The translations under genes were made by a program, and so were the position numbers. Under the pieces are notes generated by a model. The model was not told the origin of the DNA. It saw only the letters and a program-made list of their open reading frames with translations, and searched no databases. From Candidatus Yanofskybacteria bacterium (GTDB taxonomy: Bacteria > Patescibacteriota > Minisyncoccia > JACQLN01), in the NCBI GenBank assembly GCA_943359335.1, contig CALRHC010000001.1:22466-86465 (forward strand): a stretch of 64,000 bases of DNA. The letters are read 5' to 3'. This document shows positions 29,080-37,946 of the stretch, piece by piece. Each line of letters begins with the position of its first letter. The first letter of the stretch is position 1.

Positions 29080-29550
29080 ATGAATAAAAAAAGAATAATA
29101 ATTTTAATAGTTATTTTAATAATTGCACTAGGTGCTTTTTGGTTTTTAAAATCGCCTTCGGAAAAACCAGGTGAAGCTGTGTCTATCCAACCTAATGAAA
29201 TTATAAAACCGGGCGATCCATTACCGGGATTATATCTTACAAATCCGCCAGTTTCTGGCTGGCATTATGCCGACAAAGCTAATTGGGGAATTTATACAGA
29301 AGAATTACCAGATCAAACGTTAATAGCTAATCTAGAAGATGGTGGTGTTTGGATTTCTTACCACCCAGATGCTCCACCAGAAATGGTTGAAAGTTTAAGC
29401 AAAATAGTTTCCAATTATAAAACCGGTGTAATTTTAACTCCCAGAACCAGTAGTGATAAATTAATTTCTTTGGCGGCTTGGGGCAGGTTAGATAAGTTTG
29501 ATTATTTTGACGAGGCAAGAATTTTAAAGTTTATAAAAGCATATAAATAA
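29080..29550 (+). CDS. DUF3105-family protein
   Basis: NPPVSGWHY, NLEDGGVWISY, LAAWG. Confidence 0.8.
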   Translation: MNKKRIIILIVILIIALGAFWFLKSPSEKPGEAVSIQPNEIIKPGDPLPGLYLTNPPVSGWHYADKANWGIYTEELPDQTLIANLEDGGVWISYHPDAPPEMVESLSKIVSNYKTGVILTPRTSSDKLISLAAWGRLDKFDYFDEARILKFIKAYK

Positions 29551-29578
29551 GTTTGCTCTTTAAAAAAGGAGGTTTAAA

Positions 29579-30001
29579 GTGCTAATAAAAGTTGATATAG
29601 AAATCAACAACGGTCATGAGGTTGGAACTTTTCTTGGTGAGGTTTTAATAACATTTCCAGAGATGAATATTTTTGGAAGGAGTTTTACTTTTTTTGTTGA
29701 AGAATCTGGAGGTGTTGTTTTTCTTACTATTTATAGAGACGGCGATGTTTACGCTAAAGCATTCTATAACAACAGCAGAAGTCCGACTATTTTACTAGCA
29801 GAGAATAATGGGTTTGGGCAACTTTGGTTGGTTAGGCATATCTGTAACCTTATTAGCGTTGCGGCAATGTTTTTAGAAACTAACACTTTTTCATCCGATT
29901 GTTTTATTTATCAAAATACTCTTAAGACACCTTTAACAGAAATTGACGATCGTATTTGTGGTGTTGTCTCTATGATGTGCCGCCAAACCGTTCCAAAATA
30001 A
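29579..30001 (+). CDS. Hypothetical protein (orphan cassette)
   Basis: AAGGAGG SD at 29566-29572 before GTG; hairpin downstream. Confidence 0.6.
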   Translation: MLIKVDIEINNGHEVGTFLGEVLITFPEMNIFGRSFTFFVEESGGVVFLTIYRDGDVYAKAFYNNSRSPTILLAENNGFGQLWLVRHICNLISVAAMFLETNTFSSDCFIYQNTLKTPLTEIDDRICGVVSMMCRQTVPK

Positions 30002-30002
30002 A

Positions 30003-30034
30003 AATCCCGCTTAGCGTTTTTGCCTAGCGGGATT
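30003..30034. terminator. Bidirectional terminator
   Basis: AATCCCGCT-tagcgtttttgcct-AGCGGGATT between convergent units. Confidence 0.7.
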
Positions 30035-30040
30035 TGTTTG

Positions 30041-30158
30041 TGGCGACAGAGCTGTGTAGCAGTGACCCGACGTTTCCGTCAACGCCTAAGGTGGGCTGAG
30101 CACTGAACTACAAGAAATTCCTACTTATGGAATTTCTCCTTTCGGCAACTCTGCCGCC
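30041..30158 (-). ncRNA. Unassigned structured RNA downstream of two tRNA genes
   Basis: 13-bp closing stem GGCGGCAGAGUUG/CAGCUCUGUCGCC, internal hairpins with GAAA tetraloops. Confidence 0.6.
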
Positions 30159-30169
30159 GGTATAATTTT

Positions 30170-30250
30170 TGGTGGGGGCAGCGGGATTTGAACCCACGAC
30201 CTACCGATTGGCAATCGGTAGCTCTTCCTACATATCTGAGCTATGCCCCC
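30170..30250 (-). tRNA. tRNA-Gly(GCC), atypical acceptor stem and long D-loop
   Basis: Cloverleaf GGGGGCA/TGCCCCC-A-CCA, anticodon arm ACCGA-TTGCCAA-TCGGT, T-loop TTCAAAT. Confidence 0.85.
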
Positions 30251-30260
30251 ACGCAAAATT

Positions 30261-30336
30261 TGGCTGTGCCCCAGGGAGTCGAACCCCGATAGCCTCCTCG
30301 TTTAGAGGTGGTGTCCTGCCATTGAACGAGGGCACA
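30261..30336 (-). tRNA. tRNA-like gene, Gln-like body, undetermined anticodon
   Basis: TGTGCCC/GGGCACA-G-CCA, D arm GTTC-AATGGCA-GGAC, T arm CGGGG-TTCGACT-CCCTG; anticodon arm has a 9-nt loop. Confidence 0.8.
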
Positions 30337-30358
30337 GCACAGAAAAGATCTGGGTAGT

Positions 30359-30387
30359 AATTTAGCAATTACCTAAAAAACTGTCAA
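30359..30387 (-). promoter_or_regulatory. Promoter of the tRNA/ncRNA operon
   Basis: Minus strand TTGACA, 17 nt, TG-C-TAAATT. Confidence 0.6.
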
Positions 30388-30445
30388 TTCTTCTTTTGTA
30401 AGCTATTTTTCTGTGTTATTATTTTCTAGTAATATACTCAACCTA

Positions 30446-32734
30446 ATGCCAGCTGAAAAAGAAAAAGAGGATATTAAAAATCCTAAAAAACCTCAAACAA
30501 AAAAGCTAAAAAAGGAAACTTCTTGGCTTCATTTAGAATCAGGCGTCAAAAGAAGCGTTGCAGGCGTTTTATTGTTAGCTGTGGCTCTGGTAACAACTTT
30601 AGCTTTTTTTGGCTTGTCTGGATCTTTTTCGGAAGCCATCACCAGTGGCGCCGATTATTTGTTTGGCTCCGGCAGTTTCTTTGTGCCCTTAACAATGTTT
30701 TTAATGTCGTTTTTTATTTTAACTTCCGATAAGAAAAAAATATTGGGTTCCACTATAATTGGTGGCAATCTTTTGATTTTAAGTTTTTTAGGAATGATGG
30801 AAGTTTTTTCTAATAACCATGCTGGTGGAAATATTGGATATTATTTTAGTTGGCCGTTTATGCAAATGTTTGGTTTTTGGGGTTCGCTAGTATTTTTTAT
30901 AGCATTTTTCTTTTCAGCCATGTTAATTGTTTTTCGCTTGCCACTTAAAGACCAAATAAAAGAAAAGGTTACGTTTAAGGCAGATGAAAACGGTGAAATG
31001 ATTTCAGAAAAGAAACTAGTTTTAGAAAAGGGTTTGGTAACAAAAATTGCAACATTGGCGAATAAAGCAAAATTACCACAAGTAGCTGTTAAAAAAGCAG
31101 AAGCCCCAAAACCTGCTGGTGATACTGTTACTATAAATTCTCCACAAGGTAACGCGCTTGCAGCAAAAACAGACGAAGCTCCAAAAAAGAAACAAGACAT
31201 GGCCAGCGGGTTTAGTGTTTTACCTTTGTCTGTTAATTACAAATTTCCACCACTCGATTTATTAGAAGACGAAGGTTCGATGCCGGTTACCGGTGACATT
31301 AAGGGTAATGCCATAATTATTCAAAAAACTTTAGAGAATTTTAATATTCCAGTAGAAATGTCGGAGGTTAATATTGGGCCTGCGGTTACACAATTTACCT
31401 TAAAGCCAGCAATGGGAGTTAAGCTTGCCAGTATTTTAGCTTTGCAAAAGGATTTATCTTTGGCTTTGGGTGGGGAGTCTTTAAGAATAGAGGCGCCGAT
31501 TCCAGGGAAGTCTTTGGTGGGTATAGAAATACCAAATCAAAAATCGATGGTTGTGCGTTTAAAGGCTTTGCTTCAAGGCTTTGAGGCATCGGAACATAAA
31601 AACTTTTTAAATATTGGTTTAGGTAAAGATGTTTCGGGTAGGTCAACTTGGTCGGCATTAACAAAAATGCCTCACTTACTTATTGCAGGAGCCACGGGTT
31701 CTGGTAAAAGTGTTGCCATAAATTCTTTAATAGTTAATTTACTGTATCAACATTCTCCAGAAATTTTACGTTTTATAATGGTGGATCCAAAAAGAGTTGA
31801 ATTAACTTTATATAATGGTATTCCTCATTTATTAACACCAGTTATTGTGGAACCTAAAAAAGCTGTATCTGCTTTAAAATGGGCAGTTTCCGAAATGGAA
31901 AGAAGGTATACAGTGCTATCGGAAAAAGGCGTAAGAGATATTGGTAGTTTTAATTCTCAAATAGATGGTAAAAAAGGCGACGATTTAATGCCTTATTTGG
32001 TTATTATAATAGATGAGCTTGCCGATTTAATGTCTACATATGGTAGAGAGATTGAAGCTACTGTTGTTCGTTTGGCTCAAATGGCTCGCGCAGTTGGAAT
32101 CCATTTGGTTTTAGCTACCCAGCGTCCATCGGTAGAAGTTATTACCGGATTAATTAAGGCTAACATTACTACACGCATAGCTTTTGCGGTGGCCTCGCAA
32201 ATAGATTCAAGAACAATTTTAGATTCTGCTGGTGCCGAAAAACTTTTGGGTATGGGCGACATGCTTTTTGTAACTTCCGATTCACCAAAGCCAAAACGTA
32301 TTCAAGGAACTTTCGTTTCGGAAAAAGAAGTTAAAAAAGTTGTTGGGTTTATAAAATCTAATTTACCCGAAGATGCGCCAGATACCAACCCAGACGAAGC
32401 TCTTGGTTTGGAAAAAGCTGTTTCCGATCATAAACCAATATTGGCTGGCGTAGATTTAAGTAGTATGGATTCTAATGGCGAAGATGATGACGAACTTTTG
32501 CCTCAAGCCAAAGAAGCTATTATGCAGGCAGGTAAAGCCTCGGCTTCGCTATTGCAGCGTCGATTACGCGTAGGTTATGCACGCGCTGCCAGATTACTCG
32601 ATATTCTAGAGGCTCAAGGTATGATTGGCCCAGGGGAAGGTGCTAAGCCAAGGGAAGTTTTGGTAAAAGCTGAAACATCTGCAGAAGATCAACAACTAGA
32701 TTCCGAACTTGATAAGTCAAGTGAAACTATTTAA
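30446..32734 (+). CDS. ftsK: DNA translocase FtsK/SpoIIIE
   Basis: 4TM N-terminus, PHLLIAGATGSGKS, IIIDELADLM, gamma domain SLLQRRLRVGYARAARL. Confidence 0.96.
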   Translation: MPAEKEKEDIKNPKKPQTKKLKKETSWLHLESGVKRSVAGVLLLAVALVTTLAFFGLSGSFSEAITSGADYLFGSGSFFVPLTMFLMSFFILTSDKKKILGSTIIGGNLLILSFLGMMEVFSNNHAGGNIGYYFSWPFMQMFGFWGSLVFFIAFFFSAMLIVFRLPLKDQIKEKVTFKADENGEMISEKKLVLEKGLVTKIATLANKAKLPQVAVKKAEAPKPAGDTVTINSPQGNALAAKTDEAPKKKQDMASGFSVLPLSVNYKFPPLDLLEDEGSMPVTGDIKGNAIIIQKTLENFNIPVEMSEVNIGPAVTQFTLKPAMGVKLASILALQKDLSLALGGESLRIEAPIPGKSLVGIEIPNQKSMVVRLKALLQGFEASEHKNFLNIGLGKDVSGRSTWSALTKMPHLLIAGATGSGKSVAINSLIVNLLYQHSPEILRFIMVDPKRVELTLYNGIPHLLTPVIVEPKKAVSALKWAVSEMERRYTVLSEKGVRDIGSFNSQIDGKKGDDLMPYLVIIIDELADLMSTYGREIEATVVRLAQMARAVGIHLVLATQRPSVEVITGLIKANITTRIAFAVASQIDSRTILDSAGAEKLLGMGDMLFVTSDSPKPKRIQGTFVSEKEVKKVVGFIKSNLPEDAPDTNPDEALGLEKAVSDHKPILAGVDLSSMDSNGEDDDELLPQAKEAIMQAGKASASLLQRRLRVGYARAARLLDILEAQGMIGPGEGAKPREVLVKAETSAEDQQLDSELDKSSETI

Positions 32735-32846
32735 CTAATATCAAGGTTAAACCTTGATATGTTTAAAATCACCCAACGCGGGTGGTTTTTTCTTGCTTAC
32801 AAAATATTGCGGTGTTAATCTAAAGTAAATATTTTTACATACTATC

Positions 32847-33506
32847 GTGCCCATAGCTCAAACTAAAGACAATTTAAAGCTCAATGATTATTTAACAGAA
32901 AGAAGAAAATTTTTAAAGATTTCTTTCGGGGATTTGGTTACAAAAACAGGAATTCCGGCGAAGCATTTAAAAAAAATTGAAAAAGGTGAGTGGTGCGATC
33001 TGCCCTCGGGGGTTTATGTTAAAGGTTTTTTAAAAAAATATGCCGGAGTGGTTGGCTTAGACGAAAACGAATTAGCTTTAAGATATGAAAACGAATGGCA
33101 GCAGATTTGCAAAATTGATTTACCCAAACAAGGTAATAAAACCTTAAATAAAATAAATTTTCTAAAACAATTTTCTTTCAGGTGGGTTGTTTTGGGAGTT
33201 ATCGGAGTTTTTGTGCTATTTTATATCGGTTGGCAGTTTAAAGTTATTTTAGAAAAACCAGATTTAAATTTGAATTATCCTATTGGAAGCGATACTATTG
33301 TGGATAATCCTAAGATGGAGTTTAAAGGAAAAGTTTCGGAAGATTCAGTCTTAACTATAAATAATGAAATAGTCTTGATGACAGAGGATGGATCTTTTAT
33401 TAAGGAAGTGGAATTACTTAATGGAATCAATACATTCGAGATAAAGGCAGTAAGTAGATTTGGTAAAGAAAATAAAATAATTAGACGGGTAACATATAAT
33501 CCATAA
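32847..33506 (+). CDS. RodZ-like HTH membrane protein with C-terminal Ig-like domain
   Basis: HTH with YVKGFLKKYA, single TM, ELLNGINTFEI. Confidence 0.8.
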   Translation: MPIAQTKDNLKLNDYLTERRKFLKISFGDLVTKTGIPAKHLKKIEKGEWCDLPSGVYVKGFLKKYAGVVGLDENELALRYENEWQQICKIDLPKQGNKTLNKINFLKQFSFRWVVLGVIGVFVLFYIGWQFKVILEKPDLNLNYPIGSDTIVDNPKMEFKGKVSEDSVLTINNEIVLMTEDGSFIKEVELLNGINTFEIKAVSRFGKENKIIRRVTYNP

Positions 33507-33510
33507 ACAC

Positions 33511-33584
33511 AGCTTCGTTAGTTGTTAGCTTCGTTAGCTTTTAGTAAATTTTGAAAGCTAGTGAAGCTAGAAGCTAAAAGCTAA
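33511..33584 (+). repeat. Gene-less AGCT-unit hairpin (upstream of recA)
   Basis: AGCTTCGTTAGTTGTTAGCTTCGTTAGCTTTTAG-taaatt-TTGAAAGCTAGTGAAGCTAGAAGCTAAAAGCTAA. Confidence 0.85.
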
Positions 33585-33590
33585 ATATTG

Positions 33591-34634
33591 ATGGCTAAAA
33601 AAAATATAGTTCCAGAAGAAAAATTTCCTGTAAAATCAAATAGTAAGGGTTTACAAGAAACCGTAAAAGAAATCAGAGAACGTTTTGGAGAAGGTTCCAT
33701 AATGGCTTTGGGCGATGCACCAAAAGTAGATGTTGATGCGATTCCAACAGGATCAATTTCTTTGGATCTGGCTTTGGGTGTGGGTGGAATACCAAAAGGA
33801 AGGGTAGTAGAAATATATGGCCCGGAAAGCTCTGGTAAAACAACTCTAACTTTGCATATTGTAGCCGAAGCACAGCGACGTGGTAGTTTAGCTGCTTTCG
33901 TTGATGCTGAACACGCACTTGATCCAGACTATGCTAAAAAGATTGGTGTTAACATAGATGATCTTTTGGTTTCACAACCAGATAATGGTGAACAAGCATT
34001 AGACATTGTGGAGGCCTTGGTAAAATCTGGTAGGGTCGGTGTTGTGGTTGTAGATTCTGTAGCAGCATTAACTCCTCAAGCCGAAATAGATGGCGAGATG
34101 GGCGATATGCAAATGGGTTTGCAAGCAAGATTAATGTCTAAGGCGCTTCGAAAACTTACAAACATTGCTTCTAAAAGCGGAACAACAGTTATATTTACAA
34201 ACCAAATAAGAATGAAACTTGGTGTTATGTTTGGCAACCCAGAAACTACTCCGGGTGGAAATGCTTTAAAGTTTTTTTCTTCGGTAAGAATGGATATTCG
34301 CCGCATCGCGCAATTAAAAAGCAAAGAAGAAATTGTTGGAAACCGTGTCCGTGTAAAAGTTGTAAAAAATAAAGTAGCCGCGCCTTTTAGGCAAGCAGAG
34401 TTTGATATTATGTATAACCAAGGTATTGCATCGCTCGCGGATATTTTGCAAACAGGTGTGCGCTTGGGTGTGCTAGATAAATCTGGTTCTTGGTATCAAT
34501 ACTCTGGGCAGAAAATAGGGCAGGGCACAGAAGCCACAGTAGCCTATTTAAAAGAAAACGTTAAAACATCTTTACAGATATTAGAAGAAATAAAAAAGAA
34601 ATCTATAGACGCTCAAACAGCTTTAACAGCCTAA
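33591..34634 (+). CDS. recA: Recombinase RecA
   Basis: [30 protein letters not shown]. Confidence 0.99.
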   Translation: MAKKNIVPEEKFPVKSNSKGLQETVKEIRERFGEGSIMALGDAPKVDVDAIPTGSISLDLALGVGGIPKGRVVEIYGPESSGKTTLTLHIVAEAQRRGSLAAFVDAEHALDPDYAKKIGVNIDDLLVSQPDNGEQALDIVEALVKSGRVGVVVVDSVAALTPQAEIDGEMGDMQMGLQARLMSKALRKLTNIASKSGTTVIFTNQIRMKLGVMFGNPETTPGGNALKFFSSVRMDIRRIAQLKSKEEIVGNRVRVKVVKNKVAAPFRQAEFDIMYNQGIASLADILQTGVRLGVLDKSGSWYQYSGQKIGQGTEATVAYLKENVKTSLQILEEIKKKSIDAQTALTA

Positions 34635-34636
34635 AC

Positions 34637-34668
34637 AAAAACCCTCCGACCAATATCGGAGGGTTTTT
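34637..34668 (+). terminator. Intrinsic terminator after recA
   Basis: AAAAACCCTCCGA-ccaata-TCGGAGGGTTTTT. Confidence 0.85.
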
Positions 34669-34738
34669 GACTATATGGGGTTTTTGTTTTAATATTCAAA
34701 AATTGTTATACAAGGTTCTTTAATAAAAGGAGGTTCGT

Positions 34739-35614
34739 ATGCCTCGTAAACGTCAGGCTGCCGAATTAGTTTTTGATGATGAGTCTGAATTGTTAATTTA
34801 TTTTAATGATATAGAAAATTCAAGAGGTCTCTCAGCAGAGATAGAACAAGTACTTTCAAGGGATATAAAAAATGGAGACGAGGAAGCTCTAAAAAGACTT
34901 GTTTCGAAAAACCTTCGCTTTGTTGTTAGTATTGCTAAAGAATATGTGGGTAATGGTGTATCTCTCCCTGATCTAATTCAAGCCGGTAATATGGGTCTTA
35001 TTGTGGCAGCTAAGAGATTTGATGGAACAAAGGGTTTTAAACTTATTTCATATGCTGTCTGGTGGATAAGGCAAGGAATTCTTCAGACTTTAGCGGAACA
35101 TTCTCGTATAGTTCGTTTGCCAACAAATAAAGTTGGTGAACTGATTAGATTGGGTAAGATAGATAAAAAAATGACTCAAGTCTTGGGACGCGCTCCAACT
35201 ACAAAAGAAATTACTGAGGCATACAAAGAGATTGATAATATTGAAGATCTTAGGATGATATCACAAAAGCCGGTTTCTTTAGACGAAAGGCTTGAAGACG
35301 ACAGTCTGAATACTTTTTTAGATTATTTAACGGATAACAGTCAGTCTGTAGAAGAATCTATAGAAGTTAGCGAGATACGTACTATTATTTCCGATGGTAT
35401 AAAACTCCGTTTGGATGATAGAGAAGCTAGGGTTATAAGGCGTTATTTTGGTTTAGATGGAGCTCCTCCTCAAACCTTAGAACAAATAGCTACAGAGTTG
35501 AAAGATAAAAAAGGAACTAGAAAACTAACAAGAGAAAGAGTTCGTCAAATAAAGGAAAGGGCTTTGCCCAAGTTGCGTGCCTATATTAGAAGTAGAATGG
35601 TTGATGTTCTTTAA
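34739..35614 (+). CDS. Second RpoD/SigA-family sigma factor lacking region 1.1
   Basis: [47 protein letters not shown] SD. Confidence 0.92.
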   Translation: [291 protein letters not shown]

Positions 35615-35616
35615 AC

Positions 35617-35649
35617 AAAAACCCTCCGATATTGTTCGGAGGGTTTTTT
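35617..35649. terminator. Bidirectional terminator, near-inverted copy of 34637-34668
   Basis: AAAAACCCTCCGA-tattgt-TCGGAGGGTTTTT. Confidence 0.85.
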
Positions 35650-35651
35650 AT

Positions 35652-35897
35652 TTATCTTACGTGTTGTGTAAACGGTAGCAAGCCGGCAATGCGGGATCGC
35701 TTTATAGCGTTAGCCACTCGGCGTTGGTGTTTAGAACAATTGCCAGTACGAGTTCTAGAAGCGATTTTATATTGGTGGGTTAAAAAGCTTTTAAGCCCAG
35801 CTGCTTCTTTAAAATCGACAACGTCAATATCGTTCGTGCAAAAATAGCACTGCTTTTTTTCTACCTTTGCTTTTTTATGTGTTGGTTTATATGCCAT
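35652..35897 (-). CDS. rpsR: 30S ribosomal protein S18
   Basis: CYFC, KIASRTRTGNCSKHQR, AIKRSRIAGLLPF. Confidence 0.96.
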   Translation of the reverse strand: MAYKPTHKKAKVEKKQCYFCTNDIDVVDFKEAAGLKSFLTHQYKIASRTRTGNCSKHQRRVANAIKRSRIAGLLPFTQHVR

Positions 35898-35929
35898 GTT
35901 TTTCTATGAATTTCTTAGTATAGACAATA

Positions 35930-36412
35930 TTAGAAGGGAATGTCCGAAATGTCAACTTCCTCGGCATCTTGTTCTATTATTGGTATGTTTTCTTCTTTTT
36001 GATTTTGACTTCTTTCTTGGGGTTTATTTGCTACTGGAGTATTTGGTCTGCTAGATGTAAAACTTGCTCCGCTTGTCTCACCAGCTGTTCTGGGTCCTAA
36101 CTGTATAGCTTCGGCGACAACTTCGGTTCTGTATTTTTTTGTGCCATCGGCTGCGTCCCAGCTTCGGTTTTGAATTCTACCTTCTACTAAAACCATTTTG
36201 CCCTTGTTTAAATATTTGGCACAGGTTTCAGCCATTCTGCCAAAAACAACAACATTATGAAACTGAGTATCTTGTTGTTTTTGTCCGCTTTTGTCGTTCC
36301 ATACTCTGTTGGTAGCAACTGCAAAGCTTGCGACAGTTCCGCCTGATGGTAGCGAACGCACTTCTGGGTCTCGGGTTAAATTACCAAGAACAAATATTTT
36401 GTTAAGATTCAT
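35930..36412 (-). CDS. ssb: Single-stranded DNA-binding protein
   Basis: NKIFVLGNLTRDPE, VEGRI, C-terminal DIPF. Confidence 0.97.
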   Translation of the reverse strand: MNLNKIFVLGNLTRDPEVRSLPSGGTVASFAVATNRVWNDKSGQKQQDTQFHNVVVFGRMAETCAKYLNKGKMVLVEGRIQNRSWDAADGTKKYRTEVVAEAIQLGPRTAGETSGASFTSSRPNTPVANKPQERSQNQKEENIPIIEQDAEEVDISDIPF

Positions 36413-36415
36413 TAA

Positions 36416-36492
36416 TTAGCTTTTAGCTTTTAGCTTTTAGCTTTTAGCTTTTTAGAAAATTCCTAACAAGCTAATGAAGCTAATGAAGCTAG
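36416..36492 (-). repeat. Gene-less AGCT-unit hairpin (rpsF-ssb junction, minus-strand orientation)
   Basis: Tandem TTAGCTT units then CCTAACAAGCTAATGAAGCTAATGAAGCTAG; reverse complement matches the plus-strand copies. Confidence 0.85.
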
Positions 36493-36497
36493 TTTTA

Positions 36498-36959
36498 CTA
36501 CTTAAGTAATTCTTCTAATTTTTTATCAACTTCTTCTGTATTCATTTCTACAACTTCTGGTTTTTGTTCAACTACAGGAGCGGTCTCGAAAACAGGAGCA
36601 GGTTTTCTTTCTGTTCTATATTGGCGAGGTTCAAATACAGGTAACGATTTTGTCTTCTTTAACATTTTTTCTGTCTTGGCAATAAGCATATAGCGCAAAA
36701 CATTTTCGCCGTGGCGTAATTGAGTTTCAACTTCTTTAGGAAAGATAGCTTCTTCTCCACCAGAAAGTTCTAAATCTACAGTGTTACCCTGCATAGAATG
36801 TTTAATAGGGTATGGTAAATATTCTCCTAATTTTATTTTAGAGTATGTGATCCCAAAACCACTTTTTGCTAAAGTATCGGTTGTTTCGGAAACAAATTTA
36901 TTAACGCCTTCTTCGTTTAAAGTTGGCTTTAAAACAATATATAGTTCGTACAATCTCAT
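36498..36959 (-). CDS. rpsF: 30S ribosomal protein S6
   Basis: MRLYELYIVLKP, LPYPIK, VLRYML; rpsF-ssb-rpsR synteny; start at ATG 36959. Confidence 0.88.
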   Translation of the reverse strand: MRLYELYIVLKPTLNEEGVNKFVSETTDTLAKSGFGITYSKIKLGEYLPYPIKHSMQGNTVDLELSGGEEAIFPKEVETQLRHGENVLRYMLIAKTEKMLKKTKSLPVFEPRQYRTERKPAPVFETAPVVEQKPEVVEMNTEEVDKKLEELLK

Positions 36960-37012
36960 AGACCCGAGTTTATCAGGTTTTACTTGCCAAAACAAGAGGT
37001 TTAGGTTGACTA

Positions 37013-37041
37013 TTGACAATACCTTTAATATAGACTATACT
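37013..37041 (+). promoter_or_regulatory. sigma70-type promoter
   Basis: TTGACA-17nt-TATACT. Confidence 0.75.
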
Positions 37042-37124
37042 ATAACCATAGTTCATTTTTTATAAAATAGGCGGCGACGGCCTATGACGGTCGCTATTTA
37101 AATGTTTTTCAATGGGAGGTTCCT

Positions 37125-37946
37125 ATGAGTTCTTCGAGGCAGTTGGTTGAGAGGTTGGAGAAGGCGGAAGTTCAAAGAAACACCCGTCTCAATCCGATGA
37201 CGGTCATCGGGAAAGAAGAGATCATGCTCCGGTGGAGCAAACAGCAGATCGCGATCCTTATCCCTGGGGACAAGATCATGACTGACCTCTACGAAGAGGC
37301 TCTGGAAGCTGATCCCTGCATGGTGCTCCGCGACGGCGATTCGTTCGAGTACGAGGGTGTCGACGAACACGGACGAAAAATAAAGTACTGGGTGACCTGC
37401 TACCTAAACGAACATGGCTTGGCTCGTTACAGCCGTGACGACGAGACCAAGAAAAACACTCGAGAGAGGTACCAGACAGAGGCTGCAGAGATCGCCAAGC
37501 TGAAGGACACCTATGGTTTCGATGGTGTCGCCATCAACAAGTTGAGAGCGGCATCCCGAGTAGGGCTTCTGCTTTCCCCTGTGGTTTGGCTCGAGAATGC
37601 TTTGAAGATGCAGGGTGAGGCAGATGTGGTGAGGAATCTTCTCGCAACTCTCTTCAAGGGTGCTGAGAATTTTCCGGAGAAAGAATTCCGGAGCATCCTG
37701 AATCACATCGGCTTCGAACCCCCCGTTGAAACTGGCAGGGACTTTGTCTCCGTATGCTTCGGGGTGAGGGCTTTGCTGGTGAACATCGACTTTGGCAAGA
37801 AGGTTGTTGAGCCCGAGACCAATGGTCACGCGAAGATCAACGGCAACGGTTACCACAATCCCTCCGAAGACGGGCCTGCCATCGGTCCAGAACACGCCAA
37901 ACGGGCGGCTGGCATCAGCGAAACGTTCGCGCCGGTCGTCCAGTAA
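37125..37946 (+). CDS. Hypothetical protein, GC-rich orphan
   Basis: 273-aa ORF, GGGAGG SD, terminator AAGAGGTTCCT-aaac-AGGAACCTCTTTTT downstream. Confidence 0.7.
   Translation: MSSSRQLVERLEKAEVQRNTRLNPMTVIGKEEIMLRWSKQQIAILIPGDKIMTDLYEEALEADPCMVLRDGDSFEYEGVDEHGRKIKYWVTCYLNEHGLARYSRDDETKKNTRERYQTEAAEIAKLKDTYGFDGVAINKLRAASRVGLLLSPVVWLENALKMQGEADVVRNLLATLFKGAENFPEKEFRSILNHIGFEPPVETGRDFVSVCFGVRALLVNIDFGKKVVEPETNGHAKINGNGYHNPSEDGPAIGPEHAKRAAGISETFAPVVQ

Noticed and set aside
30041-30158. 5S rRNA or SRP RNA
   Set aside because: Length fits, but CCGAAC/GAUGGUAG (5S) and the CAGG/AGCA internal loop (SRP) are absent
30261-30336. Genome-wide TAG reassignment suggested by the CUA-containing loop
   Set aside because: infA, rpsM, rplQ, alaS and lepA end in TAG at expected C-termini, and a probable RF1 gene is at the window end
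30169-30357. 62-aa ORF on plus strand
   Set aside because: Antisense shadow of the two tRNA genes
15527-36492. AGCT repeats as a CRISPR array
   Set aside because: Units are 7-9 nt without unique spacers, copies are dispersed, and no cas genes are present
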